NCBI GenBank assembly: GCA_916438855.1
Contig: CAKAFW010000001.1
Span: 241,877-305,876, forward strand
DNA length: 64,000 bases
Reading direction: 5' to 3'
DNA from: an uncultured Candidatus Saccharibacteria bacterium
GTDB taxonomy: Bacteria; Patescibacteriota; Saccharimonadia; Saccharimonadales; Saccharimonadaceae
Each line of letters starts with the position of its first letter. Within the stretch, counting starts at the first letter, position 1. Both the position numbers and the translations under genes were made by a program. The notes under the pieces are model-generated. The model ran no database searches. It saw only the letters and a program-made list of their open reading frames with translations, and was not told the origin of the DNA. This document shows positions 21,764-34,000 of this stretch, piece by piece.

Positions 21764-22803
21764 TGGCCAGCACTGAGCTTGCGGTGCAGTATGGGCGCTC
21801 GCACACCCAGGCGCGCTACCATTTTAGTAACCACGTGACGGCCATCTTAGGCCCCAATGGGAGCGGAAAACAACGCTGCTAGAGGCTATTCATATAGCCC
21901 TGCGTGGCACCTCGTTCCGTGGTAGTGATAGCGAATTCTTACAACGCGGTGCTGACTGGTGGCGGGTAGATTTACGCCGCCCTAGTGACGTACGCTCGGT
22001 CACCTACCAGCCTAGTCTACCAGCCCGCAAAAAGCGCTTTATTATTAATAACGCGACCCACTACCGGCTGCCACTGGCTAAAAAATACCCGGTGGTGGTG
22101 TTTGTACCGGATGATTTGCGGGTACTGCATGGTTCACCAGCCCGGCGCCGGGCGTTTATTGATACAATCATTGCCCAGTCAAACCCAAGCTACCCGACCC
22201 TGCTGCGCCGCTATGAACGGGCGCTGAAGCAGCGCAATAATCTACTCAAGCAGCCCCCTACCACTTACGATGACGTGTTTATATGGGACGTCGCCCTGGC
22301 AGAATACGGCGCGGCAATTGCCCACGCCCGCACACACCAGCTTGCGCAGATGAATACCGCACTTGGACCCTGCCTACCGCAGTATTGCCGGGCGGGATGA
22401 TGATGTTACCATACACTACGATGCCCCGGCTCACACTGGTAAACAGGCACTCATGAACCAGCTACACGCCCAGTTTACGCGTGATAAGCTGCTTGGCTAC
22501 ACTACAAGTGGCCCGCACCGGCATGATATGGCCTGTAACTTTAATGGTGCCCCCGCCCGGGCCGTTGCCTCGCGTGGTGAGGTGCGTAGTATTATCCTGG
22601 CGCTTAAGTTTATTGAGGTTGATACCGCCACACAGGCAACCGGTCAACCCCCGGTGATTTTGCTTGATGATGTGTTTGCCGAGCTCGATGAAAGCCGCCA
22701 ACAGCGCCTAGCCCAAAAGTGCCAGCACGGCCAAATGTTTATTACCAGTACCACAGGGTATGGAGCGCTTGCGGCCGAATCAGTCATTAAACTTGCAGAC
22801 TAA
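21763..22803 (+). CDS. recF: DNA repair protein RecF (frameshifted)
   Basis: GPNGSGK, GSPARRRAFID, GPHRHD, SRGE and LLDDVFAELD motifs. Confidence 0.92.
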
Positions 22804-22847
22804 AAGACGCCTGGGGTGACGTCGCCTACGCGTTACCAGTAAGCCCC

Positions 22848-23492
22848 CTAGGGGGAAATGGGTTGGCTGCGGTTAATGGCTGTAATGGCATCGGCTGGTA
22901 TATCGCGCAGCAGTGGCGCCGAAAGCAGCGGTTGCGGCGGTACGGTGCGCACCTGCCACTGGCCGTTCCGTTTAGTCAGGAGGATACGCAGGCTATCGCG
23001 CTGGTCGCTATCGGGGCCATGGTAGCTAAGCGTAGCGCCGTAAATGCTGCCATCTTTATACAGTTGGCCGTGCGTAATGGTATACAGGTTATGCAGCTGC
23101 GGGTACTGCTGGTTAATAGCGTGGTGAATAGCTGTCTGCTCACGCTCAAGTAGGCGCGCCAAGTGGGCGGTATTGTAATAAATTGCGATTGGTATCTGTT
23201 CGCGGTCGTGGGTAATAGTAAGTGGGCGCTGCTCGGTCTGGGCGGTTGGGCCGCTGATTATAGCGGTGTAATTCCCCTTCTTGAGCCGCACCGGTGTACT
23301 AGGCTGCATGGGTATTATCTGCCCCGACGTGCTCCGCAGCTGCACGCTGCCAAGCGATCCATCAAACTGCAAACTCACCATACTAAAGCTGGTGGCGTAG
23401 TGGATTAGCCAGCTGCCACCACCGAGCACAAGTAGCGCACCAAGTATAAGCATAATGCGCATTGGGGTAAACCACTGGCGCCACTTACTCAT
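22848..23492 (-). CDS. Cassette A gene 4: membrane-anchored hypothetical protein
   Basis: N-terminal TM helix; paralog of 28453-29139 (shared YGAxL...SDxRDSLRI...GxW). Confidence 0.8.
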   Translation of the reverse strand: MSKWRQWFTPMRIMLILGALLVLGGGSWLIHYATSFSMVSLQFDGSLGSVQLRSTSGQIIPMQPSTPVRLKKGNYTAIISGPTAQTEQRPLTITHDREQIPIAIYYNTAHLARLLEREQTAIHHAINQQYPQLHNLYTITHGQLYKDGSIYGATLSYHGPDSDQRDSLRILLTKRNGQWQVRTVPPQPLLSAPLLRDIPADAITAINRSQPISP

Positions 23493-24174
23493 GACGGCCC
23501 CCCTTCCCCGCCAGCGGGTTGGTGTAGTTGGTAAACTCTACCACGTAGTCACTCGGGTTAATGCCCGCCCGGTAGAGAGCCTGGACTGCCGCTGCCCGGT
23601 AGCGCGCCGAGGTGCCTTCGATGGTGATCACCATGCCATAGGTGGCCGAGTAGCGGTAGCCTATGGTGTAGTACGGGTCTTTGATGGGGAGCTTGGCAGC
23701 GGCTGGGTACTGACGGGCGTAGGCGGCATTGAACTCCTTGGCGGCGTCGGCACTGCGGCGCTCCAGCTGGTGGTACTGGCGCTGATTGCGCTGGGCTTCT
23801 TGCTGGGCGCTGGGTGATTGTGGCGCCAGGCCAACATAGAGTGTACGCGAGCTGTTACTGGCAATAATAACCTGCTGCTGGTAGGTGCTGTAGCCGGGGC
23901 GCTCCACTTGTACGGTATATTCGCCTGGGGCTAGGTGGGCCGTGCCGTGGCTCGGTAAGCGGTTGCCTTTGCCTGGCCCAGCACTAATATGCACCGTGGC
24001 GTTACCGGGCACGACGGCAATGGTAAGCGGGTAGGTGCCAGCCGGGCCAATGTTCTGTAATATACTGTAAAGAACCACGGCCGCAATGATGACGCCACCA
24101 AGCATGGCCCCGCCGATAAGGCACGCCCGGCGGTGGCGATGTATAAAGCTGTAGAACACGTGGCTATGCTGCAT
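23485..24174 (-). CDS. Cassette A gene 3: PEGA-like domain membrane protein
   Basis: TM helix, PxxATV...LAPGEYTVQVERPGY; paralog of 29136-29777. Confidence 0.78.
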   Translation of the reverse strand: MQHSHVFYSFIHRHRRACLIGGAMLGGVIIAAVVLYSILQNIGPAGTYPLTIAVVPGNATVHISAGPGKGNRLPSHGTAHLAPGEYTVQVERPGYSTYQQQVIIASNSSRTLYVGLAPQSPSAQQEAQRNQRQYHQLERRSADAAKEFNAAYARQYPAAAKLPIKDPYYTIGYRYSATYGMVITIEGTSARYRAAAVQALYRAGINPSDYVVEFTNYTNPLAGKGGRHE

Positions 24175-25433
24175 TATTTCTTCTTCCTATACCAATTATA
24201 CCCTGGCTGGTTCGGGCTCTGGTGCGGGTCAGCCATCGGTGCGCGCTCATCCCACGAGGCCGAGGCGATTTTCGCCTGGAACCCGTCTACCTCCCCAATA
24301 TATATAAAGGTGTGCGCCCCGTTAATTGCGACATCACCAGGCTGCAGCTCGGCTGCGTTAATACTGGCGCTACTGCCAATATGCTGCCAGTTAGCACGCA
24401 TCCATTCCTCTTGCGTCGTAGTGTTGCCGCCGCGGCCATCGTAGTTAAAGCCGCTATCGTGCTTGCTATTACGGATGAGGAGCGTGGTAAAACCACCGCA
24501 GTCGATCCCCGGTGGAATGCGGCCGCCATCACCCTTACTACCAATGTAGAGCCCCTGGGCCTGAGCTTCGCTGACCGCCTTAGTATAGGCGGGCTGGGCT
24601 TCGACGGTCATACCCTTCCACTGGGGCCAGGCGTAGGCCTTGAGTGTTTCGGTGAGATTACCGCCGGCAAAGTCGTTCTGCTTACAGCCAGATTTTGGAT
24701 TAGTGCGGCTATTGGTGGTTGATTTTGGCCCCTGCAGCGAGCCTTCGGGCTGGTTCATATTGGCGTCGGCTTCGGCACCGGCTAGGGCTGGGGCGTCTTT
24801 ATATTTATCGAACACCTTTTTAGCGTTGCCACCGCGCACCGAGCGCACCGCACCGGCACTATCGGCCGAGACCTCGTAGCCATCGTGCACAATAACTGCT
24901 GCTTCGACTGGGTCGTTGGTGGCGCGCAGTTTGTTAAGCGTCCCAACCCAGCCACCATTGAGCTCCTGCCAAACGTATTCCAACTGTACACTCATATCGG
25001 TGACGGGCTTACCCATTTGCCCGGCTAGTTTCACCAGGGGGTCTTGCCGCGGGGTAAAGGTCCACTGCACCAGGCCAAAGCCTTTACCATTCTGTGGTTT
25101 GTAATCTGGCCCGGCGGTGGCGCCACCTTCAATAATATCTGGCTTAAGGCCGGATTCTTGCATCATATTACCAACGATACCGCTGGCTTGGGCTAGGCTG
25201 AGGCCCTTTCGCATCAGAAAGTTGAGGATCTTTTCGGTGTTGTCGTTGCCAGCTAGCTGGACTGCGCTAATGTTGTCGTTATTAATACATTCATCTTGGT
25301 AGTGGTCGATATTATTCTGGCTAAAGAAGAGTGGGTCGCGAATAGCTGCCGCCTGCAAGGGTGTAAGAACACTACCAGCAACCAGTACAAGCAGCAGCCC
25401 TGTATATATAATACGTTTACTATACATCACCAC
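24174..25433 (-). CDS. Cassette A gene 2: phage-tail-lysozyme-like domain + NlpC/P60-like Cys peptidase
   Basis: Signal peptide; QASGIVGNMMQESGL, GFGLVQWT and QLEYVWQEL; then DCGGF...LQPGDV...HTFIY. Confidence 0.82.
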   Translation of the reverse strand: MVMYSKRIIYTGLLLVLVAGSVLTPLQAAAIRDPLFFSQNNIDHYQDECINNDNISAVQLAGNDNTEKILNFLMRKGLSLAQASGIVGNMMQESGLKPDIIEGGATAGPDYKPQNGKGFGLVQWTFTPRQDPLVKLAGQMGKPVTDMSVQLEYVWQELNGGWVGTLNKLRATNDPVEAAVIVHDGYEVSADSAGAVRSVRGGNAKKVFDKYKDAPALAGAEADANMNQPEGSLQGPKSTTNSRTNPKSGCKQNDFAGGNLTETLKAYAWPQWKGMTVEAQPAYTKAVSEAQAQGLYIGSKGDGGRIPPGIDCGGFTTLLIRNSKHDSGFNYDGRGGNTTTQEEWMRANWQHIGSSASINAAELQPGDVAINGAHTFIYIGEVDGFQAKIASASWDERAPMADPHQSPNQPGYNWYRKKK

Positions 25434-28370
25434 CTCCTTGGTTGTGGGTTGCGGGTTGTGCTCCCTCGGTGCGGCTCACAAGCGGCTTGGGGTCAATGGC
25501 TGTACCGCCGGCCATTTGCCGGTGCCCGCCGCGCCAGATTTCAAAGTGCAGGTGCGGGCCGGTACTCTGCCCGGCGTTGCCAATCGCACCGATCTCTTGC
25601 CCAGCTTTAACCTCATCCCCTTGCTTTACCAGCACGCCATCGTTATACATATGCCCGTAAACGCTATCGTAGCGCTGGCCGTCCACCTCATGCTGAATCA
25701 CAATCCAGTTGCCAAAGCCACTGGCCGGGCCGGCCGCAATCACCTTGCCGTCGCGGGTGGCGAAAATCGGCTTACCCTCGGCCCCCACCAGGTTGGGCAA
25801 AAATCTGCCCCGTTGTGGGGTTGGCCGCCGCGCATACCAAAGCCGCTGGTAATAATCGCCTCTGGCGTGGTGGGGTACGCCCAGCCATCGCTGTTCACGC
25901 GCCCGGTTTGGCCGGTACCGTGGGCCGATTCGCTGCCACCCTTCAGCCCCTGGCGCGTCGCCGTCCTGTACCTTCGCCCACTCGTTTACCATATGGAATT
26001 TTTGCGTAGTGCCAGTTTTGCTCGTAGTGGGCTTTATCCATACATTCTGGGGTGTCTTCGTGCTCGCCAATACACTGCTCGACGTATTTTTTTATAATTC
26101 CAATCCTGGCCGTTATCCTTGGGGGCGCCGCTTTCATCGCTGGGGTCGATTTCGTCCCGGGCTACCATCCAGTAGGTAGCGTCTTCTGGGCTGAGGTCCA
26201 TGGCAGGCTTTGGCAGGCCATAGACGAGCTCACCACTTGGATCAACCGCAACGCCCATTTCCTGGTAAAACGAGTCGCCATTACCATGCTGGTAGCGCTC
26301 GGGTTTAATTTGCAACGATACCGCCTGGGCTGGTAGTGGCGACAGCCGCCCAGCCGCAGTCGGTAATAGCCCGGCTAGATGGGCTAGGGGTGTGGGCGCC
26401 ACTGCTGTGCATACCCAGCCAGTGCGGTAGCAGCGTTTGGGCTAGTGAGCCAGCAAAGGAATACGGGTTATACATAGCAAAGGGCGTTTTGGCGGCCTCG
26501 GCCCGTTCGTAATCCTGGTAAGCAAGCTCAACCTTGCGATTGGTGTTTTGGTACTCAACCATCTCACTTGGTGGTAGTGGCATCATACCGCGGGCTTTGG
26601 CTTGCTCATTCATCAGGACTGATGAGCCAATTGCCACGGCATCCATCAGGTCGGTGCCTTTTTAGGTCTGGGCTGGTGACCTGCCCAGCAATCATATCAG
26701 CCAGCTGTGCCGTCAGGAGTGGCAATGCCATATCAATCAGCATACTGCCGCCCATCACCGCTACGGTGCTCACCCCCACGGTTGCAACACCGGCCGCAAT
26801 GCCAAGCACCAGGGCACTCCCCTGCACGGCTGGGTTTTTGCAGCATTTTACAGGTTTGCTTGAGTTCCTGGTGTGTACGCGCCCCAGTGGCTTGCTTAAT
26901 ACTGGTAAGCACACTCCCCAGCCGACCATTCAGCGCCCCGCTTGCCAAAAAGCGTTGATTGCTAAGAGTCAGGCGTGGCTTTTCTTGCAAGGCCGAGAGT
27001 TTATAAAAGGTAGCATCCATGCCGGATTTGCCTTTATTCGGGTTATCGATCATCGGCATACTGCCACCCGGGCTGGTGCTAGCAAGTTTGGCTTCGTCCA
27101 CCACTTTGCTACGCATATCAACATGGGTGTATTTGTTGCCGTAGTATTCTACCTTTTTCTGGGCTGAGGCCTTCGGCTTTGAGCTCGCTGGCTGGTTCAA
27201 GTAGCATGGCGGTGGCAAAACGGGCGAGCTCCGTGCGGCGCAGAATTTTTTACCCCGGCTTCGACCGCCCGGGCCGTGCTGTAAACGGTACAGGCAGTAT
27301 CGGCCACGCCAGTAATTTTTACACCACGTGCAATACTCCCGGCTAACTTGCCAGCGCTGGGCGAGCTTTTGATACGGGCTTCGGTTTGCTTGATTTTATC
27401 GTACTCTGCCTGTGTAATACGGTTGCCGGCTTCATCGGTGTATTCACCGGTTGGCTTGCCGTCTTCATCGGTTACGGCTTTCAGGTTAGCGCTGGCCAGG
27501 GAGTTCTTTATATTAACATTTTTCTTGATATCTTCATCAAACTCCTTGGGGTTCTTGCCGAACAACTTTTTTGTGTAGCTAGTTTTTATCCAGCTGAGCG
27601 CCTTGTAGGCTGGGCCATCGTGGAAGGATAAAAAGCGCGGATTGCTGGCCTTGACCATAGCGTGGTTAAAGCCACGGTTGGTACGGATGGCCCGCTCCAG
27701 TTGCTCTGGGTTGGTGACCTCTACTCTGCCCTTTTTCGCCCTGGTAGCTGAGCTTTTCAATCCGCCCGCGGCTTTCGGTGTGGCCACTGCTAGTTTTAGC
27801 AAAGCTGACATCGATGCCGGCTTTTTTAAAGCTGGTGCGCATGGCGTTCATATTGACTGTACGGAACTTTTCGAGCACTTTGATATCGCTGCTGGTTGTG
27901 GATTTACTTAGCTTCAGTTTCCATAGCTGGTGGTTGGTGCGGTTGACGGCAGCGTGCTGTACGTTCAGGTCCTTTACAAAATCCTCGGCCGATTTGATCA
28001 GGAAGAGCCCGGGTGCCATATTCACCCCCACAAGCACAAACATAATGATGATGGTTGCTAGCACCGCCGCAATTGGGCCGAGGCCCTTCTTTTTGAGCTG
28101 CTGGCTAAGGTGACGCAGGAGTAATTTGCCCGGGGCGCCAACCGGCGCAGCGCTGGCAGCTTTTAATGCGGTACTACCAAGCCCGTGGCCCAGGCTACCG
28201 CTCCGTGTATAGGTGGTGCGACCCTGGCGTGCGCCGAAGGCTGCCTGCTCGCCATCGCTGGCTTGCTCTTCTTGCGCGCGCACAAAACCAGCGCTCCGAG
28301 CGGGCGCTGGGTGGTTGCCGAGTCGTTTATCCGGTGCCTTCTGGCGCGGCTCTCCCTGTAACCTGGCCAT
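25420..28370 (-). CDS. Cassette A gene 1: ~1000-aa membrane protein with C-terminal M23 peptidase (frameshifted)
   Basis: Chain of same-strand fragments from MARLQGEP; C-terminal HNGAD (seen across a frameshift), YGHM and STGPHLHFE. Confidence 0.75.
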
Positions 28371-28452
28371 AATCCCTATACTATACCATGGACGCTGTTT
28401 GTACACCAGGCTTACCCCTGTTTGGGCGTTTTATGCTGGCTATACGTGCAAG

Positions 28453-29139
28453 CTATTCGGTCGTGCCGTAGCTTGGCTGGCTGGGCTCGGAGGTGCGGGC
28501 ATTGATAACGTTAATAGCCGTCAGTACCGCCATAGGAATACCTGGGTACTCAGTTTGGCTGATCGTCAGGTAGGGCTTGGCGGCAATGCGCCATTCGCCA
28601 GACTGCTGGTGCAGCACAATCCGCAAGCTATCGCGCTTATCGGAGTGGATATCACCCCGCCAGCGTAGCACCGCGCCGTACCAGGTGCCATTATCGTACA
28701 CGCCTTCTTGGGCAATGTTAAACTGGTCAAGCAGATCCGGGTAGCTGGTGCGTATGGCTTGGTAAATACGGCTACGGTTGGCTTCGAGGATCGCTTGCAG
28801 CTCGGCTTCGGTGCGGTCGTAGGTAAAGCTCACCTGGGAAGGTTGGTCACCAAGGTCTATCTGGCGGGTTACCTTTTTGTAGCCGCTTTGTACGTATTCG
28901 GCAACGTAGCGCCCCTTCTTAAGCCGGATAGGCTGGTTTATAATCACATTATCAACACGCCCCGCCTTACCAGTGCCGTCTTCTGTTGCGTAGTAGAGGG
29001 TAATGTAGCGCGTTCGTGCCGCCGGGGCCACCAGGGTTAGATCCTGGAAGGAATTAATATACAGCCAGCCAAACCCCAGGCCAATCAGCACGAGCGATAT
29101 AGCCACGTAGCCGAGTATTAGTTTTGCAAGCCGGTTCAT
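28453..29139 (-). CDS. Cassette B gene 4: membrane-anchored hypothetical protein
   Basis: N-terminal TM helix; PIRLKKGRY and SDKRDSLRI shared with cassette A gene 4. Confidence 0.8.
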   Translation of the reverse strand: MNRLAKLILGYVAISLVLIGLGFGWLYINSFQDLTLVAPAARTRYITLYYATEDGTGKAGRVDNVIINQPIRLKKGRYVAEYVQSGYKKVTRQIDLGDQPSQVSFTYDRTEAELQAILEANRSRIYQAIRTSYPDLLDQFNIAQEGVYDNGTWYGAVLRWRGDIHSDKRDSLRIVLHQQSGEWRIAAKPYLTISQTEYPGIPMAVLTAINVINARTSEPSQPSYGTTE

Positions 29140-29777
29140 TGCTGAGCCTCCTTGAGTGGTGACTGGTAGTTAATAAAGGTGATCTTGTAGCGCGATGGGT
29201 CAATCCCAAGCGAAATCAGCTTTTTAATGGCATTTTCGCGGTAGCGGGGGATTCGGTGCGCACGGTAATGGTAAAAATCACTGCCGTCCTTGCTAATATA
29301 GCCAATCTTAAAGTACGGGTCGGTAAAGGGTAGCTTGGTAATAGCCGGGTTCTTTTCGCGGAAGTTATTGCTGTACTCGGCGGAGGCCCGGGCGCTGGCA
29401 CGCTCCAGCACACCCAGATCGGCATCGCTAAAAGCCTTCATATTAGGCTTTGCTGGCTTGAGCGGTGTAATAACCTTTGCCCATAAGCCCTGCTTAACGG
29501 TAATTTTGACCTGCTGCGTGATGTAATCTGGGTGGCTTACCGTTACGCTATACTGGCCGGATGGCAGGTAGTTGGTATAGCCATTACGCAGTACTTTGCC
29601 GTTGCTCGCGGTGATAGTGGCGCCCTTTGGTAGCACCTGCACCACAACAGGCTGCTCGCCAGGGCCGGCTGTAGGTGGTAGATTGTAGATATAGAGAGCC
29701 ACACCCCCGACGATAAGCCCGGCGCCCAGGCAGGCTAGTGCGATTTTATGCCAGCGTTTGAGTTTGATTGCTTCCAT
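29136..29777 (-). CDS. Cassette B gene 3: PEGA-like domain membrane protein
   Basis: LPSGQYSVTVSHPDY; KLPxxDPY..IGY and GIxPSxY..F.NY..PL shared with cassette A gene 3. Confidence 0.78.
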   Translation of the reverse strand: MEAIKLKRWHKIALACLGAGLIVGGVALYIYNLPPTAGPGEQPVVVQVLPKGATITASNGKVLRNGYTNYLPSGQYSVTVSHPDYITQQVKITVKQGLWAKVITPLKPAKPNMKAFSDADLGVLERASARASAEYSNNFREKNPAITKLPFTDPYFKIGYISKDGSDFYHYRAHRIPRYRENAIKKLISLGIDPSRYKITFINYQSPLKEAQQ

Positions 29778-31083
29778 TAGACACGCTCCCCTTTCTTGCG
29801 GTACCAGGTAAAGCCGGTTTCGGTTAAGGTATCACCGCCTGCAGCTGGCGCACGACTATCTTGCGAAGCCGAGGCAATATCGCTGTCGAAACCTTCTACT
29901 TTCCCAACATAGATAAAGGTATGGACGGCATTAATGGCTACATCACCCGGTTGCATCTGGCTGGCATCCATAGGGCTATGGCCATCGTTGATTTTTTCCC
30001 AGTTCTTGTCCATCCACTCTTGCTGCTTGATGGTGTTGCCTGCCCCACCGCTAATTTGCCCACCATAGTTAAAGCCCTTATCCCAGCCACTATCGATAAT
30101 AAGGCTGGTGGTAAAGCCGCCACAGTCGATGCCGGGGTGGTCGCCACCGCCAATATAGCGGCCGTTTTTTTGCCAGCACCATTAATCACTTTATCGCGGT
30201 AGGTGTCAGTTGGTGTTAGATTACCCTCTTGGACCGGTTTGGGGTGGGCGTAGCCAAGTAGCGTTGCCTCGAACCCGCCGCTACTGCTATTGCTGGCGTT
30301 TTGCATACATTCATCGTTTTTATTCTGCTTTTTGCTGTTATTAACCACATCTTTGGTCTCGCCGGTGGTTTGGTCGCTGGTAGCAGTACCGACTGGCGGG
30401 GCATCTTTATACTTATCGTAAATAGCTTTGGCGGCACCACCGCGCACCGAGCGCACCTTGCCGGCGTTATCGGCCGAAACCTCGTAGGTATCGTGAATCA
30501 GCACAGCGGCTTCAACCGGGTCGTCAATCCCCTTTAGCGGGTCGAGTGTACGGCCTTTCCAGTTGCCATTGAGCTCCTGCCAAACGTACTCTAACTGCAC
30601 GCCAATATCGGTGACAGGTTTGCCCATTTCATCCGCCAGTTTTACCAGTGGGGCCTGGCGGGCGGTGAAGGTCCACTGCACTAGGCCAAAGCCCTTACCG
30701 TTTTGTGGTACGTAGTCTGGCCCAGCGGTGGCACCGCCCTCAATAATATCCGGCCGCAGGCCAGATTCCTGCTGCATATTGCCAATAAAACCACTGGCTT
30801 GGGCCAGGGTGAGCCCCTTTTGCATGAAGAAATTAAGAATCTTTTCGGCGTTATCGTTGCCAGCCAGTATAACGGATTCGGTGCCGGCTTTTTTGGCGCC
30901 ACCGCTACATTTAGCGAGGCGATTATACCACGTGATATCGTTGCTCATATAGTAGTTGACGGTGCGGTCGAACTTGGCCGTGGCTTCATCCTTCTTTTCG
31001 GTGGCGTAGGCTGCATCGCCCAGCAGCAATCCGGCAATCATGAGGATAATCCCCGCCCGGCGCAGTATGGTCCGAACCTGCAT
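29777..31083 (-). CDS. Cassette B gene 2: phage-tail-lysozyme-like + NlpC/P60-like (frameshift near 30165)
   Basis: QASGFIGNMQQESGL and GFGLVQWT; shifted frame gives PGIDCGGFTT; then MQPGDVAIN..HTFIY. Confidence 0.82.
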
Positions 31084-34000
31084 TACTCCTGCTCCTTAAA
31101 CTGATTGAGGGGCGCATCCTTACTGGCGGCTTCACCGTGGTAATCCTTGCTACAGCCAAGGTTATTATTAAAGCCAGGCGGTATCTGCATAAAGCGGAGT
31201 GGGTTCATGGTTTTTTCGGTATTGGACACGATTGGGTCGCGGCTAACACCGATATCGAGGTGCACTGCGTAGGCACCATCCACAGCCGAGCCACTACCGC
31301 CACTACCGCCCTCTTTGGCGATAGCTTGGCCTTTGTTAACCTTATCCCCTACCTTTACATTGATAGCCGACAGGTGTGAGTAACGGGTGTAGAGATTATC
31401 GGCGTGCTTAATGACCACGGTGCGCCCAAAGCCGCTGTATGGTGGGCTACTATTGTGCTCGGTGGCAATAACTTCGCCGCCATCCACCGCCAGGATATTG
31501 GTACCAGTTGAGCCGGTGGCAATATCGAGCGCATAGTGGTTGCGGCCATCAAAGTTTGGCCGTAGGCCGTAGCAGCTCGATAGCGTACCACTCTGGGCTT
31601 CCACCGGCCAGCCGAATTGCCCGGTGGATTCACCGCCGCCCTGCGAGCCACTAGCACTGCTACTGTCATCATCGTCCTCGCTCTCTTCGGCGTTGATATC
31701 ATCATCGACTGCCTTGCTAAGGGTGTAGGTATTAAAGTAACTGAGCTCCTTCTTGGCCTCGGCTGGGGGCATATTTGGCACGCCATGGGCACAGGCGCGG
31801 CCAGTGTACCATTCAATTTCGGCAATGTGCTCGACATCAAGGTACTGTATAATCTCCTTTAGCTTACCAACACCAAATGGGCTAAACGCGCCATTCAAGA
31901 CTTTACTCATCGTGTCTTTATACCAGCCGGTAAAACCAGAGCCCCTTTCTTCTTCCCGGATTTGGTCGATCAGGGGGTTAATGTGGCCAGAAGACTCAGC
32001 CCAATCACCAAGCGGCACTTCGCGGTTGGCGCAGTATTTAAGGTAATTGCCATAGCGCACGCCAGCAACCGTGGCCTCCTTGCCCTTGTTCTTTGGCTCG
32101 CCGGTTTCTTCGTCGATATATTGTTTATCGATCATAAAATCAAGCACTTCGTTCATATCACGCTCGACGTCTTCCTTATGGAGGGCGTGGCGTACGCCGC
32201 AGCCAACATCTGGGTCGATGCCAACGGTTTTAGTCAGGTTATAATCATCACACTTTTTATAGCGGTTGGGTTTGAAGTCGGCGTAGGCCTGGCTAAAGGC
32301 GGCGTGGGCCTGTGGCACCGCCAGGCTACTGGCCACGCTATGGACGGATAGCGTACTGGTAACGCGGGCTAGGAAGGATGGCTTTTTGGACCACATAAGC
32401 CCCCGGAATTGGTAGGCCAGTGCACCCAGGAAGGCGTAGCGGTTATTAATATCCCACGGTGTCTTGCGGGCATCGGCAATATCGGCGGCCAGGTACTGGT
32501 TGCGGATATCATTGCGGTAGGCTTGGTACTGCTTCAGATCATCCACGGTAGCTGGGCGCATACCGTAGCCAGACGATTTAGCACCTAGTATACTCGAGGT
32601 ACCAGCAAAGATAGCATTACCAGCGTCAGCATCGGTAGTGCCAGCGTTCAGCGGTAAGGCAGTGGCTTTGGTAATGAGTTTTTCGACCTCATGCTCGGCG
32701 TAGCGGGTGCCAAGCTCACTCAGGGCATAGCCAAATACAATCTGCCCGGCACACACGGCAATACCCACACCAGTGGCTGATTCTGCTACACATGAGCCAA
32801 CTGAGGCCAGCATCAAGGCAGCTTGGGTTTGTGGGTCGTTAATGCCAGATTTCTCTACCCCAATGCAAATGGCCCGGAACGCCATACGCCCAGCCGAGGC
32901 AGCATCCATACCAGTGGCCTTTTCCATGGCAAAGCCCAAGATTTTTATTCAGCCAATCCTCAACCTTGCCAAAGATATTGGTAAAATCGGTAATAGGTTT
33001 TGGGCTTTAGCATAAAGGCTTCTTCGCGCTCGGTGAGCTTGGGTGCGTCGCCTTCGTTGGCTAGTTTAACGCCTACGGAATCGCCAGCATTAGTAGGGCT
33101 ATTGCCGCTAGAGAGCAAGGCGCCTACCATAGTAAAATCTTTTTCAGTAGCCTCGCCTGACTGAATGCGACTACCAGCCGTTAAGAAGTTGCTGGCGTAT
33201 GGAGCAAGTGTCTTAAAGCGATCCGAATTAACGGTTTGGATAACCGTATGGACACTATCGCTTAGTGGGCAGACCTGGGCAATAGCTTGCAGGAAGAAGA
33301 GCCCTTTCACACCATTGGTAAACGAATCGCGCATACCATTTAGCTTGCCGGATGAATCCTTGGCTCTCCCTTGGGCTTCGCGGAACTTGCCCTTAATGGT
33401 TTCGACCCGCTTTTTAAACGGATGCTTGGTGGACTCTTCGTTAACGAGCTTGCCATCCTTATCGCGAATACCGGCGTCCTCCTCGGCGCCGATTGATTTA
33501 TTAAGCTCCTTTTGGTTTTCTACCTTATCGTCCTTATTCAGGTTCCAACGGTGGAAGTTGCGCACTCCCACGCGCTTGGCGGCTTTTTTCATGGTGTTAC
33601 CAAAGAAGGACGCCACGCGGTTATTGTAGGCATTGCGCAGGCTATTGCGAATACCAACATCGTGCGGGTTACCAGAGCGGAATAGCTTGACGACATCCTG
33701 CGGGCTGCGGGCTTCGTAGGTGTGCTGGACGGTCTTGCCGCCCTCGGTTACAGCAACGGTTTTGCTAATGCCATTAAGCTTGTAGCGCTTGCGAATTTTG
33801 CCGACATCATCGGTATCAACCTTAAAGCCAGCTGCCTCAAGCCGCTTCTTTTGGCGTTCGCTAATAGTAGCAAATTTACAGCGCAGGTTGATTTTTTTCG
33901 CCACAGACACCTTTGGTTTTAATTGTACCAGCTACCGTGCCGCGGCCAAAAAAACTTGCCGGCATACATGCGGGTGCCGCGTTCTTGGATGGCTTCGGCG

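Noticed and set aside
24174..31083. Prophage, suggested by phage-tail-lysozyme domains
   Set aside because: No capsid, terminase, portal or integrase genes; the proteins have signal peptides and sit in the T4SS-linked cassettes.
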